In this document: in pieces, positions 13,867-23,224 of the stretch | Layout of the letters: each line of letters opens with the position of its first letter | Position numbering within the stretch: the first letter of the stretch is position 1 | Assembly: GCA_041750285.1 (NCBI GenBank) | Contig: JBGSZS010000004.1 | Coordinates: 192,001 to 256,000 of the forward strand | Reading direction: 5' to 3' | Source: Candidatus Fermentibacteraceae bacterium | GTDB taxonomy: Bacteria > Fermentibacterota > Fermentibacteria > Fermentibacterales > JCC-6 | DNA length: 64,000 nt | Position numbers and translations under genes: made by a program | Notes under the pieces: generated by a model | What the model was told of the DNA's origin: nothing | Database searches by the model: none | Seen by the model: only the letters and a program-made list of their open reading frames with translations

Positions 13867-15162
13867 TCAGAAGATCATATAGAACAGACCCAGCCTGCCG
13901 TTCACCACTCCGGGATTGACCTCGGTGTAGTACAACTCACCGGGAAGGGCGTCGCGGTTGTAGCCGCGCCAGTCCTGCACCGACCAGCTGTCGGCACCAG
14001 GGGAGTAACACGCGGCAACCGCGCCCTGAACACCCACATGATGGCTGAACAGCCATTCCAGGCCGGCTGCGACACCGGCCGAGAAGATGACCGTGTTCGC
14101 CGAAGCCGAGACTGTGTCGGCCCTTGTGTCCTGGATCAGGAAATCGGTTTCGAGGCCGGTCTCCAGACGGAGGGCAAGCGCAGGAGATGAGAGTGGGATC
14201 TTCACGCCGACACTGCCCCTGACGCCGATGGTGCTCATTCTGGGAAGCACCCCGCTCACCAGGCTGCCGCCGAAGGCAAACCCCCAGCGGGAGGTCCAGC
14301 CACCGAGCTCGACCTGATTCATGAGCCTTCCATCCCTGGCTTCATCGCCCGTGAGACCCTCTCCCGGAACTATGTCGACCGGTATGGCGTTGAACTGCAG
14401 GAAGACGTTGGCCGGCGAGGAACTCTCTATGGCGGTCACCATAGAGCCGTCAACGAGCGAACCGGTCAGCAGCCGACCCGCGCTGGAGGAGGGGGTGGCC
14501 TGTGATATCTGCAGGATGCCCCGGCTGTGAAGGCCTTCGTACTCGGCTCTGGACTGGGGGATGCCATCGGATCTCGCTACCAGTGAGAAGACCATTCCCC
14601 TTCGGATCCCGGAGTCGGTTCCCGCAGGCAGTGTGTAGATTGGACCGCCCTCAACGGTGAACGTGAGTTCGAGCGCAAACATCTCGAGAAGGCTTCTTGC
14701 GACTATCGTCTCAAGCCCGCGAAGGGCCAGGAGCTGCTGGGACGGGGCGTAACCCTCACCCCTTACCACTTCCCTCATCGTGCCCATCAGTGCGGCGTCG
14801 GACGTGTAGAACCGCGCCGAGACCTCGACCGAAGTGGTTCGTGTGGTGACGATCGAGTCGGCATCGGGCAAAAAACCCGTATCGTAGCCCGGAGCGCCGA
14901 CATCGAGCACCATGAAGGCGTCGACGCCTGAGGCTGCCGCCATCTCCCTGAGCCTGTAGGCAAGTGTCTCGGGGTCTCCCGTGAAACCTTCCTGCCCTGA
15001 AAGGTCGATGATCCGGAACCTTCCGGCCGCTTCGTAAAGCTCTCCGGCCCTGGCAACGATCGCATCGGCATCGTACTGCCCGGGTGCGAAAAGGGGAATC
15101 ACGCCCATCGACGGCAGGTTCTCTGCCGGCATGGCGGAAAGCATGATGAGGCAGAATATCAT
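13867..15162 (-). CDS. Hypothetical exported protein, probably with a C-terminal outer-membrane beta-barrel
   Basis: Short hydrophobic N-terminus, amphipathic strands in the C-terminal half, terminal GLFYMIF (BAM-type aromatic end); AGGAAGG SD. Confidence 0.6.
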   Translation of the reverse strand: MIFCLIMLSAMPAENLPSMGVIPLFAPGQYDADAIVARAGELYEAAGRFRIIDLSGQEGFTGDPETLAYRLREMAAASGVDAFMVLDVGAPGYDTGFLPDADSIVTTRTTSVEVSARFYTSDAALMGTMREVVRGEGYAPSQQLLALRGLETIVARSLLEMFALELTFTVEGGPIYTLPAGTDSGIRRGMVFSLVARSDGIPQSRAEYEGLHSRGILQISQATPSSSAGRLLTGSLVDGSMVTAIESSSPANVFLQFNAIPVDIVPGEGLTGDEARDGRLMNQVELGGWTSRWGFAFGGSLVSGVLPRMSTIGVRGSVGVKIPLSSPALALRLETGLETDFLIQDTRADTVSASANTVIFSAGVAAGLEWLFSHHVGVQGAVAACYSPGADSWSVQDWRGYNRDALPGELYYTEVNPGVVNGRLGLFYMIF

Positions 15163-15199
15163 GAGCCGTCCTTCCTTGTTTCATCCCCCCACTCAGCGG

Positions 15200-15228
15200 A
15201 ATGTAACAGGAACACGGAATCGGGGCAA
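15200..15228 (-). promoter_or_regulatory. Sigma70-like promoter for the 13867-15162 gene
   Basis: TTGCCC (15228-15223)-17 nt-TACATT (15205-15200) with an extended -10 TGn. Confidence 0.55.
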
Positions 15229-15257
15229 TGGAAAAGGGCATGAACGCGGTGGGGTGG

Positions 15258-16325
15258 TCAGCGCAGCATCACTCTCACCGTCATTGGAACGACGGCGGAA
15301 TCCACGACCCCGAGATGAACCCTGGGTATCCCGTCCTGTTCGACGGTGTATCCCAGAGGATCGATGTGGAACACGTCGGGAAGGTCCGTCCCGCTCTGGA
15401 ACAGACTGTCCACGAAGGCGAGCAGTTCCTTCCAGGGTGAAACGGCGGAGCCGTCGGGTCTTTCGCATACGAGTATCGCGATGTCCGAAACATGACCCGC
15501 GGGCTGGTCGCAGCTGATCTCGCTCGCCGCCCTTCCGCTGCAGCCCAGTGCCGACGTGGAGCTGGTTGCGGCAACCTCCGATGCGTCGGACTCCTCCTCC
15601 ATCGGGGCGTATCCGCCCCCTCCCGCCGACTGCACACTGAACGCTCCGGTGACCAGTCCCTCCTGAGTCTGGTACGAGTCGTCCGTGCTCTCTGCAAACG
15701 CCACGCCCTCGAGATCCCGCGTGATCTCATCGTACTGCAGGGTCTGCTGCAGGGCATCCTCCCCCGTGGCAAGGGTCACCTCCCCGGGCACGGTTCCACC
15801 GATCCCCCCGGTTCCGCCCAGGGTATCCCCATCCTGAGCAATGGTCGGCACCGCCGCGACCTCTTCGGTCTGTTCCTCGGCCTCGGTCTCCGGGACCTCA
15901 CCTGAGAGCGTGACGACAGAGTCGATTAGCGCCTGTGAATCGGGTGCGACAGGACCTGACGGAATCTCCTGGGCGCCGGCTTCCAGGCGCATCCTGTTTT
16001 CAAGCTCCGACCGGTCCGCGGGCTGAAAGACCCTGATGCCCAGGAAAACCGCTGCCGCTCCTGCGGCGATGCCCACGGCCCAACCGGGCAGGCCATGGCG
16101 TGCGCGGCGGGGAACCAGCTTCTTCCGCATGGCGTTGAAACGGAAGTCGGGCGGGTCCTGCCAGGATTCCCGCCAGCTGGTCTCGAGAGTGCCCTGGGTT
16201 TCGAGGAACGATTTGCATTCGGGGCAGATGGAAAGGTGCGACTCGATCGGAGCCCTCTCTTCGGGGCTGAGTTCGCCGTCCATGTAGGCCATGAGTAAAA
16301 GCGCGTCGGGACAGTCCGGTCTCAT
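15258..16325 (-). CDS. Zinc-binding (zf-HC2/ZAS) transmembrane anti-sigma factor
   Basis: LMAYMDGELS..E...IESHLSICPEC (HxxxCxxC), one TM helix, long acidic extracytoplasmic region; directly after an ECF sigma. Alternative GTG start at 16331. Confidence 0.85.
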   Translation of the reverse strand: MRPDCPDALLLMAYMDGELSPEERAPIESHLSICPECKSFLETQGTLETSWRESWQDPPDFRFNAMRKKLVPRRARHGLPGWAVGIAAGAAAVFLGIRVFQPADRSELENRMRLEAGAQEIPSGPVAPDSQALIDSVVTLSGEVPETEAEEQTEEVAAVPTIAQDGDTLGGTGGIGGTVPGEVTLATGEDALQQTLQYDEITRDLEGVAFAESTDDSYQTQEGLVTGAFSVQSAGGGGYAPMEEESDASEVAATSSTSALGCSGRAASEISCDQPAGHVSDIAILVCERPDGSAVSPWKELLAFVDSLFQSGTDLPDVFHIDPLGYTVEQDGIPRVHLGVVDSAVVPMTVRVMLR

Positions 16326-16327
16326 GA

Positions 16328-16924
16328 TCACGCGCCCTCCAGTTCACGGCTTACCATGGCCCTGACCTGATTGCGGGCCCTGTTCAGCCGCGACATCACG
16401 GTGCCCACGGCTATGCCGAGGGTCTGGGCTATCTCGATGTAACTGAGCTCCTGGTCGACCCTGAGAACGAAAACCGTTCTGAGGGGGTCGGAAAGGGTTT
16501 CGACGGCCCTGCCCACGAGCAGCGCAAGCTCATCCGCCGCTGCGTTGAGGGGCGCCCTGTCGAGCGTGACGGTCTGGCCCTGATAGCCGTGCTCGTCCTG
16601 GTACTCCACTTCAGCCCTGCGGCCGGTCTTACGGTGGGAGTTTATGGCGACGTTGGTGACTATCCTGTAGATCCATGTGAAGAAACGGAAACCGGGATCG
16701 AAGCTTCCCATGGCGTTCATGGCCCTGATGAAGGATTCCTGGGTGATGTCCCAGGCGTCGTCATCGGATCCGCACAGTCTTCTTGCCACTCTGAACACCC
16801 TTTTCTGGTACTTCGAAACCAGCAGTCCGTAAGCTTCCCGGTCACCCTCGATGGCCCTGCGGAGTATCAGGGCCTCTTCCTCGTCATCGAACACGGCTGC
16901 AAGTAGTACAAGAAAAAGAATCAT
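16328..16924 (-). CDS. ECF RNA polymerase sigma factor (RpoE/SigW-like)
   Basis: GDREAYGLLV, DAWDITQESF, FFTWIYRIVTN (region 2); LSYIEIAQTLGIAVGTVMSRLNRAR (region 4). Confidence 0.93.
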   Translation of the reverse strand: MILFLVLLAAVFDDEEEALILRRAIEGDREAYGLLVSKYQKRVFRVARRLCGSDDDAWDITQESFIRAMNAMGSFDPGFRFFTWIYRIVTNVAINSHRKTGRRAEVEYQDEHGYQGQTVTLDRAPLNAAADELALLVGRAVETLSDPLRTVFVLRVDQELSYIEIAQTLGIAVGTVMSRLNRARNQVRAMVSRELEGA

Positions 16925-16933
16925 TGCATTCCC

Positions 16934-17380
16934 TCAGAAACCCGTCCCGACCATGAGTGCAAGACCGGCGTCCCTGTCGAAGGCGCTGTTCTCGGCATCG
17001 AACCCGAAGAGCCAGGCGTCGACGTAGGCATCAAGCATGCTGACAACCCAGGCGCCCGCCGTGTACCAGATCAGGCTTCGGCACCTGTCGCGGTGATCGT
17101 CTCCCGATTCGTCCCATGCCGGGTCTCCCGTGAGTTCGAACATCTCCCGGGAATGGATTGCCTGGTGGTTCTCGTAGAGGGTCCAGCCAAGCAGCCCGGC
17201 CTGCAGTGTCCCGTAGGCCACCCCCTTCAGAGGCTCGTCGTTGTAGAACTGCCCCCAACCGGGAACCACTGCGCTTCTGAGGAGTGCCCCGGTGGGATTC
17301 CTGTGCGGTATCGCGGTCACCGCAGTGCTGTCGGCCAGCAGAAGGGCTGCGGTGGTCACCGGAAGCAGGGCCCACCTCAG
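16934..17380 (-). CDS. DUF5683-like membrane/exported protein
   Basis: PTGALLRSAVVPGWGQFYN..KG motif and SMLDAYVDA. Start uncertain (CTG at 17380 overlapping the lpxA stop, or a downstream GTG). Confidence 0.7.
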   Translation of the reverse strand: MRWALLPVTTAALLLADSTAVTAIPHRNPTGALLRSAVVPGWGQFYNDEPLKGVAYGTLQAGLLGWTLYENHQAIHSREMFELTGDPAWDESGDDHRDRCRSLIWYTAGAWVVSMLDAYVDAWLFGFDAENSAFDRDAGLALMVGTGF

Positions 17381-18138
17381 ATGATCACCCCCCGCTCGGA
17401 GGCTGCGATGAAAGAAGCCATCCGGTGGCCGGGAGAGCCTTCGGGGTTCCCGGCAAGGGCTTTTTCCACCTTGTCCCTCATCGAGCCAGGGGAACGGAAG
17501 AGGAACCTGAATGCTTCCAGCGCCTGGTCGATCTGCTGGGCTGACCACCCCCGGCGCTTCAATCCCAGAACGTTGATGCCCACTGCCCGTAGAGGTTCGC
17601 CACCGGCAAGCACGAATGGCGGCACATCCTTGGGAACCCTGTAACCGCCGCCCACCATGGCGTGGTCACCGATGCGGGTGAACTGGTGAACCGGCACAAC
17701 TCCCCCTACAACGGCATTCCGGCCGACGCTGACATGACCGGCAAGGTTCACGGCGTTGGCCAGTATCACGCCGTCTGAAACACGGCAGTCGTGGGCGATG
17801 TGAACGTAGGCCATTATGAAGCAGTCCGCCCCCACTATCGTGCTGCCGGAAGCGCTGGTGCCGACGTTGATGTTGGCCATCTCCCTTATCACGGTGCGCG
17901 GGCCGATGAAGAGGGTGGTGTCTTCGCCGCTGAATTTAAGGTCCTGGGGCACGGTGCCCAGAACCGCGCAGGGGCCGACCTTCACGCCGTCCGAAAGCGT
18001 AGTGGAACCATCAATTACGGCGTTCGCGCCGATGACGACATTCTCGCCCACCACGACACGGGGTCCGAGAACGGCTCCCGCGGCCACCCGGGAAGATTCG
18101 GGTACAGTGCAGGATACAACGGCTGATGGGTGTATCAT
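17377..18138 (-). CDS. lpxA: UDP-N-acetylglucosamine O-acyltransferase
   Basis: MIHPSAVV, PQDLKF, MAYVHIAHDC, LAGHV, VHQFTRIG; hexapeptide repeats. Confidence 0.96.
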   Translation of the reverse strand: MIHPSAVVSCTVPESSRVAAGAVLGPRVVVGENVVIGANAVIDGSTTLSDGVKVGPCAVLGTVPQDLKFSGEDTTLFIGPRTVIREMANINVGTSASGSTIVGADCFIMAYVHIAHDCRVSDGVILANAVNLAGHVSVGRNAVVGGVVPVHQFTRIGDHAMVGGGYRVPKDVPPFVLAGGEPLRAVGINVLGLKRRGWSAQQIDQALEAFRFLFRSPGSMRDKVEKALAGNPEGSPGHRMASFIAASERGVII

Positions 18139-19457
18139 GTTCTCTCCACGAGCATTGCAGTGAGTTCGGCTTCGGCGGCGACCCGCTCATCCACCCGGGC
18201 AACCCCCCGCATCCGGCAGAGCCTGCCCCTGCTGCTGAGCATTTCAAGCTCGAACTTGACCTGGTCACCAGGCAGGATGGGTTTTCTGAACCTGACCTTG
18301 TCGATGCCTCCGAAATAGACCAGCCACTTGGACGGATCGTCCACGTTGTCGAACAGCATCAGACCCCCAACCTGTGCCATGGCCTCGACGACCAGAACGC
18401 CGGGCATGATGGGACTGCCCGGAAAATGGCCCTGGAAATAGGGTTCGTTTATCGTGACGTTCTTGAGCCCGACTATCCTTTTTCCGGGGTCGATCTCGAG
18501 GACCTTGTCGACAAGTAGGAAGGGGTAGCGGTGGGGAAGGAGCCTCATCACGTCCTGGATGTCCCATTTGCGGTCGGAGAGGTGCTTTTCGGTCTTGGTC
18601 ATGCTTCCCTTGTAAACGCTCTTGATCTTCTTCACGAACTGAACATTTGAGGCGTGGCCGCTCTTTGCGCTTATGACATGGCCCTCGAGCCTGAAACCGA
18701 GAAGTGACAGGTCTCCGATGAGGTCGAGTATCTTGTGTCTTACGAACTCGTCGGGGAAGCGAAGGGGTTTGTCGTTCATTATGCCGTCGTCGCCAATGAC
18801 GACGGCGTTGTCGAGCGTTCCGCCCTTTATGAGCCCCTTCTCCTGAAGGGCCTTCACATCGCGGTACAGGCAGAACGTACGGGCGGGGGCGATCTCCTGG
18901 GCGAAGGTCTCGGGGGTGATGTCGAGGCTGAGGTATTGCGTGCCTATGGTCGCAATGTCGTAGTCGATGGTGAAGCTGACCCGAAGCCCGCTGTAGGGAA
19001 CGACGGTGAGAGTGGCCCCGAAATACTCGAGACTGACCGGTTCGGTTATCTTGAATATCTTCCGGGGGTGCCTGTTGAGGGTTGCCACCCCGGCGTTCTT
19101 GAGCAGGGCGGCGAACGAGCTCACCGAGCCGCCTGCCGGTTCGGGCGGCTCGTCGGAATCTATCTCTATGATCGCGTTGTCGATCTCGAGGCCGTAAAGC
19201 GCGCTGAGAACGTGTTCGACGGTGTGGACCTCGAAATAGTTCTCGCCCAGGGTCGTGCGTCTGGCCTGCTCCTCGATCATCCTGACGTTTTCGACGCAGA
19301 CCTTTATCATGGGTCTGCTCTCAACATCGGTCCTCACGAATACGTAGCCGGTGTCCGGAGGAGCCGGTTTGAACGTGATCGTGGTCTCCTTGCCGAGGTG
19401 AAGACCCACGCCGGTAAAGGAAATAACTGTATCAAGAGTGGTCTGAAACCGGTTCAT
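18135..19457 (-). CDS. lpxC-fabZ: Bifunctional LpxC deacetylase / FabZ dehydratase
   Basis: N-terminal GVGLH, TVEHVLSAL, EFVRHKILDLIGD (LpxC); C-terminal LPHRYPFLLVD, FQGHFPG.PIMPGVL (FabZ). Confidence 0.96.
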   Translation of the reverse strand: MNRFQTTLDTVISFTGVGLHLGKETTITFKPAPPDTGYVFVRTDVESRPMIKVCVENVRMIEEQARRTTLGENYFEVHTVEHVLSALYGLEIDNAIIEIDSDEPPEPAGGSVSSFAALLKNAGVATLNRHPRKIFKITEPVSLEYFGATLTVVPYSGLRVSFTIDYDIATIGTQYLSLDITPETFAQEIAPARTFCLYRDVKALQEKGLIKGGTLDNAVVIGDDGIMNDKPLRFPDEFVRHKILDLIGDLSLLGFRLEGHVISAKSGHASNVQFVKKIKSVYKGSMTKTEKHLSDRKWDIQDVMRLLPHRYPFLLVDKVLEIDPGKRIVGLKNVTINEPYFQGHFPGSPIMPGVLVVEAMAQVGGLMLFDNVDDPSKWLVYFGGIDKVRFRKPILPGDQVKFELEMLSSRGRLCRMRGVARVDERVAAEAELTAMLVERT

Positions 19458-19460
19458 CGA

Positions 19461-20486
19461 TCAACCCCGTTCTTCCTTCTTTCTGGTCAATCCGCGAAGA
19501 AGCCCGGGGAGTCTCGACGCGGCGGCCATGATTTTCATGTTCTCCATGTGGTTCCGGGCGGGAATACCACTGACGATCCCGCCGGGGGGAACATCCTTCG
19601 ATACTCCGCTCTTGGCGGTGAGAATCGCACCGCGCCCGATCCGCAGATGCCCTCCGATCCCGACCTGGCCACCGCAGGTGACCATATCCTCGAGAACGGT
19701 GCTTCCCGCGATTCCGGTCTGCGCCGCCACGAAACACCCCTTGCCAATTCTGACATTATGCGCCACCTGAACGAGGTTGTCGAGCTTGGTTCCGGCGCCC
19801 ACGATCGTGCTTCCGGCCACTGCCCTGTCGACGGTGGTCCCTGCGCCTATCTCCACGTCGTCACCGATAACCACGTTGCCGTTCTGGGGGATCTTCCTGT
19901 GCATCCCCCCCGGGTCGGGAACGAAACCGAATCCGTCACCGCCTATCACCACCCCCGTGTGCAGGACCACCCTGTGGCCGATAATGCACTCCGCAGCAAC
20001 GGCAACGAGGGGATGAATCAGGCAGTTGCGGCCGACGACCGCGTTCGGGCCTATGACGCACGATGCCCCGATCCGGGTTCCCCCTTCGATCCGGGCGTTC
20101 CTGTCCACCACCGAGCAGGGGCCCAGTGTCACATCCCGGGCCACGACCGCCGTGGGGTGTATGACGGCCGAAGGATGAACGCCTTCGAAACCGCTCGCGC
20201 GATCCGGGGAAAAAAGCTCGAGTGCGTCCCGGAAGGCAAGGTAAGGGTTTTTGACGATGAGCTGGTTCGAAGCCGACGTGTCAACCTCCGAGGCGGTGAT
20301 AACCGCAAGGGCGCGGGTTGACCCGAGGTGTCTTTCGTATCTCGGGTTTCCGTAGTAGCAGACATGCCGGCCGTCGGCCTCCTCGAGGGTGCTGACACCG
20401 GCCACGACCCGCTCCCCCCCCTCACCAAGAAGGACGGCGCCCAGAAGTTCCGCGAGCCTTGCGAGAGTTATCTCAGCGTCGTCCAC
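19461..20486 (-). CDS. lpxD: UDP-3-O-acylglucosamine N-acyltransferase
   Basis: GDGFGF, IPQNGNVVIGDDVEIGA, TKLDNLVQVAHNV; hexapeptide repeats. Confidence 0.96.
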   Translation of the reverse strand: MDDAEITLARLAELLGAVLLGEGGERVVAGVSTLEEADGRHVCYYGNPRYERHLGSTRALAVITASEVDTSASNQLIVKNPYLAFRDALELFSPDRASGFEGVHPSAVIHPTAVVARDVTLGPCSVVDRNARIEGGTRIGASCVIGPNAVVGRNCLIHPLVAVAAECIIGHRVVLHTGVVIGGDGFGFVPDPGGMHRKIPQNGNVVIGDDVEIGAGTTVDRAVAGSTIVGAGTKLDNLVQVAHNVRIGKGCFVAAQTGIAGSTVLEDMVTCGGQVGIGGHLRIGRGAILTAKSGVSKDVPPGGIVSGIPARNHMENMKIMAAASRLPGLLRGLTRKKEERG

Positions 20487-20979
20487 CGGAAGCCACCCTG
20501 TCCATCACCAGATCGGTTATATCCAGGGTCGGATCGGCAAAGACGACCTGTCCGGCTGATGAGTCGAAAACTATCGAAAGCCCCTCCTCAGTCGCTATTT
20601 CCGTAACGGCTTCGTTTATGGCGGCCACGATCGGCGCCACGAGCTGTTCGTTGCGCCGCTCCAGCTGGCCCCCGGGGCCGAACACGTCGGTGAGGAACTC
20701 CTCGAGTTCCTGCTCCTTCTGAAGCAGGAGGTTCTCGCGTTCCATGCGTCTCTCGGGGCTCATCACCAGCGTGCGGTCGAGGTCGGCCCTTATCTCGTCA
20801 ACCTCGAGCTGCAGTGAATCGGCGTAGGCCTGCCAGTTCTCGAGTTCCTCCTCGAGCAGTTCACGGGCATCCCTGACCGATCCCAGAGTGTCGAAGATCC
20901 TTGCTGAATCAACCACGGCCATCGTCTCGGCGAAGACCGCCGCGGAGCACAGCGCAACAATCAGTAAAGCCATTCTCAA
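20473..20979 (-). CDS. skp: OmpH/Skp periplasmic chaperone
   Basis: Signal peptide, AVVDSARIF, coiled coil, DITDLVM; located between bamA and lpxD. Confidence 0.88.
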   Translation of the reverse strand: MRMALLIVALCSAAVFAETMAVVDSARIFDTLGSVRDARELLEEELENWQAYADSLQLEVDEIRADLDRTLVMSPERRMERENLLLQKEQELEEFLTDVFGPGGQLERRNEQLVAPIVAAINEAVTEIATEEGLSIVFDSSAGQVVFADPTLDITDLVMDRVASGGRR

Positions 20980-20992
20980 AGCGACCTCCCGA

Positions 20993-23224
20993 TCAGAAGC
21001 TCGTACCTATCTGAAAATGGGGTTCCCAACCCCTGTCAGGGCCGTCGAACCCGTAGGCGTAGTCAAGACCCAGTATTCCAAGCATCGGCACTTCGACCCT
21101 CACACCCATTCCCGCGCCCCGGTTCATGTCGCTGAGGTCGATCGTCGCCCACCGGTTCCAGGTGTTCCCGGCATCGGCGAACAGGGCAAGCTGAAGCTGG
21201 TCGATGATCCTGAACCTGTACTCGGCGGTGAGGATCAGCATGCTTCTCCCGCCAACCGTTTCGTAACCCTCGGTTGCTGCGATCGTGTTCTCGCCGTAGC
21301 CCCGGACCCCGTAGAAACCGGTCCCTCCCAGTTGGAAGAACTCGTACGCAGGCGGTTCCTCGCCGCCAAAACCCGCAACGTATCCGGCCCTGGCGCGGAG
21401 GGTGAGGAAGAACTTCCACCACAGGGGCACGAACCATTGCGAATCCAGCAGGTACTTCTGATAGCCTATGTCGCCTCCCAGAGGGCCTCCCGCGTACTGC
21501 ATGGTCAGGCTGTTCAGCGAGCCTTCGCCGGGGAAGTTCTGTCTGTCACGGCTGTCGCGGGACAATGAGTAGCGCACCGAACTCTCCCAGCGGGGCCAGT
21601 CCGTGTCGCGGAGGTCGTAGTAGTAGCTCGTGGAATCGGTGGTCACGTTGTAGACATCAACCTTCTCGAGAGAGTAGCGCACCGACGCCCTGACGTAGTC
21701 GAGGCCGGGTATGGGTCTTCCCACAAGTATCGATCCACCCGTCTTCAGCCTGTCGTACTCGGAGTAATTGCTGGCGGTGCGGTAGAGCTGGGCGCCCAGG
21801 GTCAGGGGGGTGTCCATGAACCATGGTTCGGTGAAACCGAGCTGAACGTTCTGGGTGCTCTTCGAAAACTGGTAGGCTGCGCTGATGCTCTGGCCCATGC
21901 CGCGGAAGTTCTCCTCGCCGTACTCGACGTAGCCGCTCATGCCGTCGGAACCGCTGTAACCGGCCCCCAGCCCGGCCCTGCCGGTGGTTTTTTCGTCCAC
22001 CTGCATGACAAGGTCTACATCCTGCGATTCGGGAACCGGACGGAAATCGGGCACCACATCGTTGAAGTAGTTGAGGTAGTAGATGTTCCTCATGCTGCGC
22101 ATGAGGGCGGTGCGCTGGAAAAGGTCGCCGGGGTAGACCGTGAGCTCCCGTCTGATGACGTTGTCGCAGGTTCTTGTGTTTCCGGTAATGTCGATCCTGC
22201 GGATGTGCGCCCTCTCGCCCTCGGTTATGACGAAGGAGATGTCGAGGGCGTCACCCGCCCCGGAGGTGACCGAAGGTTCCACGACGGCGTAGAAGTACCC
22301 CTTGTCCTGGTAGAGCGTGTACACGTTCTCGAGCGTTCTCTCAAGGTCTCTCACATCGTAGTGCTCACCGGCGGTTATCCTGCTTGCCCTTTGAAGAAGG
22401 GAATCGGGAACCGAGGCGCCACCGGAAAAAGCGACCTGGCCGAACGTTCGGAAGGCGCCCTCGAAAACGTCGATCGTTATCCTGAGATGGCGTCCGTCGT
22501 CCATCATCTCGCGGGAACTGCCCAGAACACGGGCGTCCGGGTATCCGTTGCGGTGGTAGTGATCCTCGATCCTGCCGGCATCGAGGGCGAACTCGTCCTC
22601 CTTGAGCTTGCCGCTTCGCCAGAAGCTGTCCTGGCGCGTCTTCATCTCGCCCCTGAGTTCGCGGTCGGTGAAGGCCATGTTGCCGTTGAAGACGATCTCG
22701 CCCACCCTGATGTCGGGTCCGCCTTCGCAGGCGAAGATGATGTCCCGTCTGCCCTGTGAATCGGGTTCGCCCCAGCGGGCCTGGACCGTTGCCAGATGCC
22801 TGTTCTTCTCCGCGTAGAGCTGCCTTATGAGGGTTTCGGCGGCTGCCACCCTCGCCATGGAGAGGGTCTGCCCGGGGAAGATCATCAGACTGTCACGGGC
22901 CTTGTCTTCGTCCAGTTCGCCCGGGTTCTCGAAGATCACCTGCCCCACTATCGGGTTCTCGAGGATGTGTACGAGAACTCCCACCGTTTCGGGGGAGATG
23001 CTGTCGGAGTACACCGCCACTTCCTGGAAGTACTCGAGTGCGTAGAGCGACCTGATCCCGGTGCCGATGACCACCGGATTCAGTTCGTCGCCGATCCTCA
23101 GACCGAGGGCCCTGACGATCAGGGAATCGCTCACATAGCTGTTGCCCTCGATGTCGATCCGTTCCACCACCGCAGCCCTGGAAGAGAGCGCAGCTAAAAG
23201 AATGAGAGGAAGCAGGTATTTCAA
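20993..23224 (-). CDS. bamA: Outer membrane protein assembly factor BamA
   Basis: POTRA repeats (IDIEGN, IVFNGN, IDITGNTRT.DNVIRRE), FTEPW, VRGY loop motif, C-terminal FQIGTSF. Confidence 0.95.
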   Translation of the reverse strand: MKYLLPLILLAALSSRAAVVERIDIEGNSYVSDSLIVRALGLRIGDELNPVVIGTGIRSLYALEYFQEVAVYSDSISPETVGVLVHILENPIVGQVIFENPGELDEDKARDSLMIFPGQTLSMARVAAAETLIRQLYAEKNRHLATVQARWGEPDSQGRRDIIFACEGGPDIRVGEIVFNGNMAFTDRELRGEMKTRQDSFWRSGKLKEDEFALDAGRIEDHYHRNGYPDARVLGSSREMMDDGRHLRITIDVFEGAFRTFGQVAFSGGASVPDSLLQRASRITAGEHYDVRDLERTLENVYTLYQDKGYFYAVVEPSVTSGAGDALDISFVITEGERAHIRRIDITGNTRTCDNVIRRELTVYPGDLFQRTALMRSMRNIYYLNYFNDVVPDFRPVPESQDVDLVMQVDEKTTGRAGLGAGYSGSDGMSGYVEYGEENFRGMGQSISAAYQFSKSTQNVQLGFTEPWFMDTPLTLGAQLYRTASNYSEYDRLKTGGSILVGRPIPGLDYVRASVRYSLEKVDVYNVTTDSTSYYYDLRDTDWPRWESSVRYSLSRDSRDRQNFPGEGSLNSLTMQYAGGPLGGDIGYQKYLLDSQWFVPLWWKFFLTLRARAGYVAGFGGEEPPAYEFFQLGGTGFYGVRGYGENTIAATEGYETVGGRSMLILTAEYRFRIIDQLQLALFADAGNTWNRWATIDLSDMNRGAGMGVRVEVPMLGILGLDYAYGFDGPDRGWEPHFQIGTSF

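Noticed and set aside
18135..19457. LpxC-FabZ fusion as a novelty
   Set aside because: Well known in Bacteroidota and related FCB lineages; useful only as a taxonomic hint.
18735..20321. 528-aa plus-strand ORF
   Set aside because: Antisense to lpxC-fabZ and lpxD, which have clear motifs.
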